Below are positions 8,826 to 9,941 of a stretch of DNA of 9,941 nt, piece by piece; the stretch's first letter is position 1, and each line of letters starts with the position of its first letter. The DNA comes from Tubiluchus corallicola. Taxonomy: Eukaryota; Animalia; Priapulida. The notes under the pieces are model-generated. The model searched no databases, was not told the origin of the DNA, and worked only from the letters and a program-made list of their open reading frames with translations. The DNA lies in contig JAQGDQ010000658.1 of assembly GCA_030141605.1 (NCBI GenBank), positions 92,967 to 102,907 on the forward strand. Direction: 5' to 3'. Both the position numbers and the translations under genes were made by a program.

Positions 8826-9124
8826 ACGACCTTCCGGACGGAGGCAAGTAAGATGATGAAGTGCGCAATTGTAATCAGAGTCGACTGACCCTGACTGTGT
8901 AACTAACAAGATTTATGTTAATTCTTTGTCAGCTTAATAAAATTTCATAGGGTTAGAAATTAAGATTCGTGTTTCTTAAGACTAGCTGTTATATAGAGTC
9001 TCTTAGGATCTTGATCTGGCGCTGCATACAGCTATCTGTCTTTATTTAGATATTTATTTATTAGTGTCAAAAATACATACAAGACATACATGCAATTTCA
9101 ATTTTGAAATATACAAAAAACAAG

Positions 9125-9135
9125 ACACACAGACG

Positions 9136-9168
<33 letters not shown>
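9125..9168 (+). repeat. (CA)n followed by (TA)n microsatellite
   Basis: acacacagacgcacacacacacatatatatatatatatatatat. Confidence 0.9.
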
Positions 9169-9177
9169 TGAAACTTG

Positions 9178-9221
9178 ATAATTGAAACTGTATATATATA
9201 TATATATACAGTTTCAATTAT
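9178..9221. repeat. Perfect 44-bp palindrome centred on (TA)9
   Basis: ataattgaaactg-(ta)9-cagtttcaattat; the 13-bp arms are exact reverse complements. Confidence 0.92.
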
Positions 9222-9857
9222 GAAATATAATGACACTATAATTATACAAACAAAACAATTACTGATAAAACAAATATTATTAAATCGTCCTGTTAGTTAT
9301 TTTAGTTATTTGTTATTTAAAGAAAAGTGTAATGATTGGTATTTAAAATAAATTGTCATTCATTAGGCCTCATTTTCAATGATATGATCATAACATTGTA
9401 GTAGTACATAACATAGTACATTATTATTCATGTCTTGAAAACGCTTTTTCAACACAATCATTAAATGCTTTAATTACTTCTAAGTCATTACGTCATCACT
9501 TACCATCAAGAATAAAGATTTATCAGCATCGCTCATAAGGAAAAATTCTGGAATATTTACATTGAAGTGCTTACATAACTTTTCTGTAAGATCATTGTAG
9601 TACTTTAAATATATTTACAACTGGTGATAATTTTTTAAAGTATTTAAGACATTTAGTATGCATGCTATGCTGATCTGTACAAAGTCGTCTCTAAAGTACT
9701 GTACTTTTCGCAGTTTTTTATGCTATGTAGATTTTCTAGTTTGCCATTTTATCACCATTTTTAGTCTATTGTTATTGGCTTGAATCAAAATAACTATTAA
9801 CAGATCAAATAACTGTCAGTTTTAAAATTTCATTAATTTTAAAGGCAAAAAATATTC

Positions 9858-9895
9858 TTGTATCCCACGGGATACAATGGGTACGAAAGGGTTAA
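9858..9895. mobile_element. Putative piggyBac-like element terminus (TTAA-CCCTTT...) with a subterminal palindrome
   Basis: ...gggtacgaaaGGG-TTAA (9889-9895) reads TTAACCCTTTCGTACCC on the minus strand. Palindrome ttgtatccc-ac-gggatacaa at 9858-9877. No partner end was found in the window. Confidence 0.45.
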
Positions 9896-9941
9896 ACGCA
9901 CATCGGACTGGCTTCATTGCCCAACTATTTTGCGCAAATCC

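Larger units (their letters stand above)
8483..8849 (-). mobile_element. tRNA-derived SINE with Meta/MESC/RUDI-like core, 5'-clipped, with a LINE-type 3' stem-loop and (ATT)n tail
   Basis: The minus strand reads ...GGAAGGTCGTGAGTTCGAACC (B box) AGCGGCTGGGTCATAACAAAGACTTTAAAAATAGTACCTGCTG... (resembles the recalled MetaSINE core GGTCATACCAAAGACT.TAAAA), then AGTCGGC..TAGCTCtttGAGCTA..GCCGACT, AATAAA and (ATT)n. No A box is visible. Confidence 0.8.

Noticed and set aside
8800-8850. Functional tRNA gene
   Set aside because: Only the B box/T-arm half is present, and it is fused to a SINE core with no A box or cloverleaf.

Overview
AT-rich eukaryotic (animal, probably invertebrate/mollusc-like; inferred from repeat content) genomic window with no recognisable host gene. 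Bases 1-4364 are a cluster of three minus-strand non-LTR retrotransposon (LINE) segments lying head-to-tail and separated only by compound (GA)n/(TC)n microsatellite. The first (1-810) is a stop-free ORF1-like frame that the ORF track missed because it runs off the window edge. The second (copy A, ~1209-3003) is a decayed 5'-truncated ORF2 with RT, thumb, CCHC finger and 3'UTR. The third (copy B, 3181-3784) is a shorter relative of A, flanked by a ~215-bp direct repeat that looks like an unusually long target-site duplication. The rest of the window holds a pogo/Tigger-like non-autonomous DNA element (~4822-5643), a tRNA-derived Meta-type SINE with a stem-loop and (ATT)n tail (~8483-8849, minus), a perfect 44-bp palindrome, a piggyBac-like terminus and several simple repeats. 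Most long ORFs in the track (SLSL/RERE, poly-N/K/F/I) are microsatellite artefacts. All alignments and counts were done by eye, and family names are motif-based, not database-verified.
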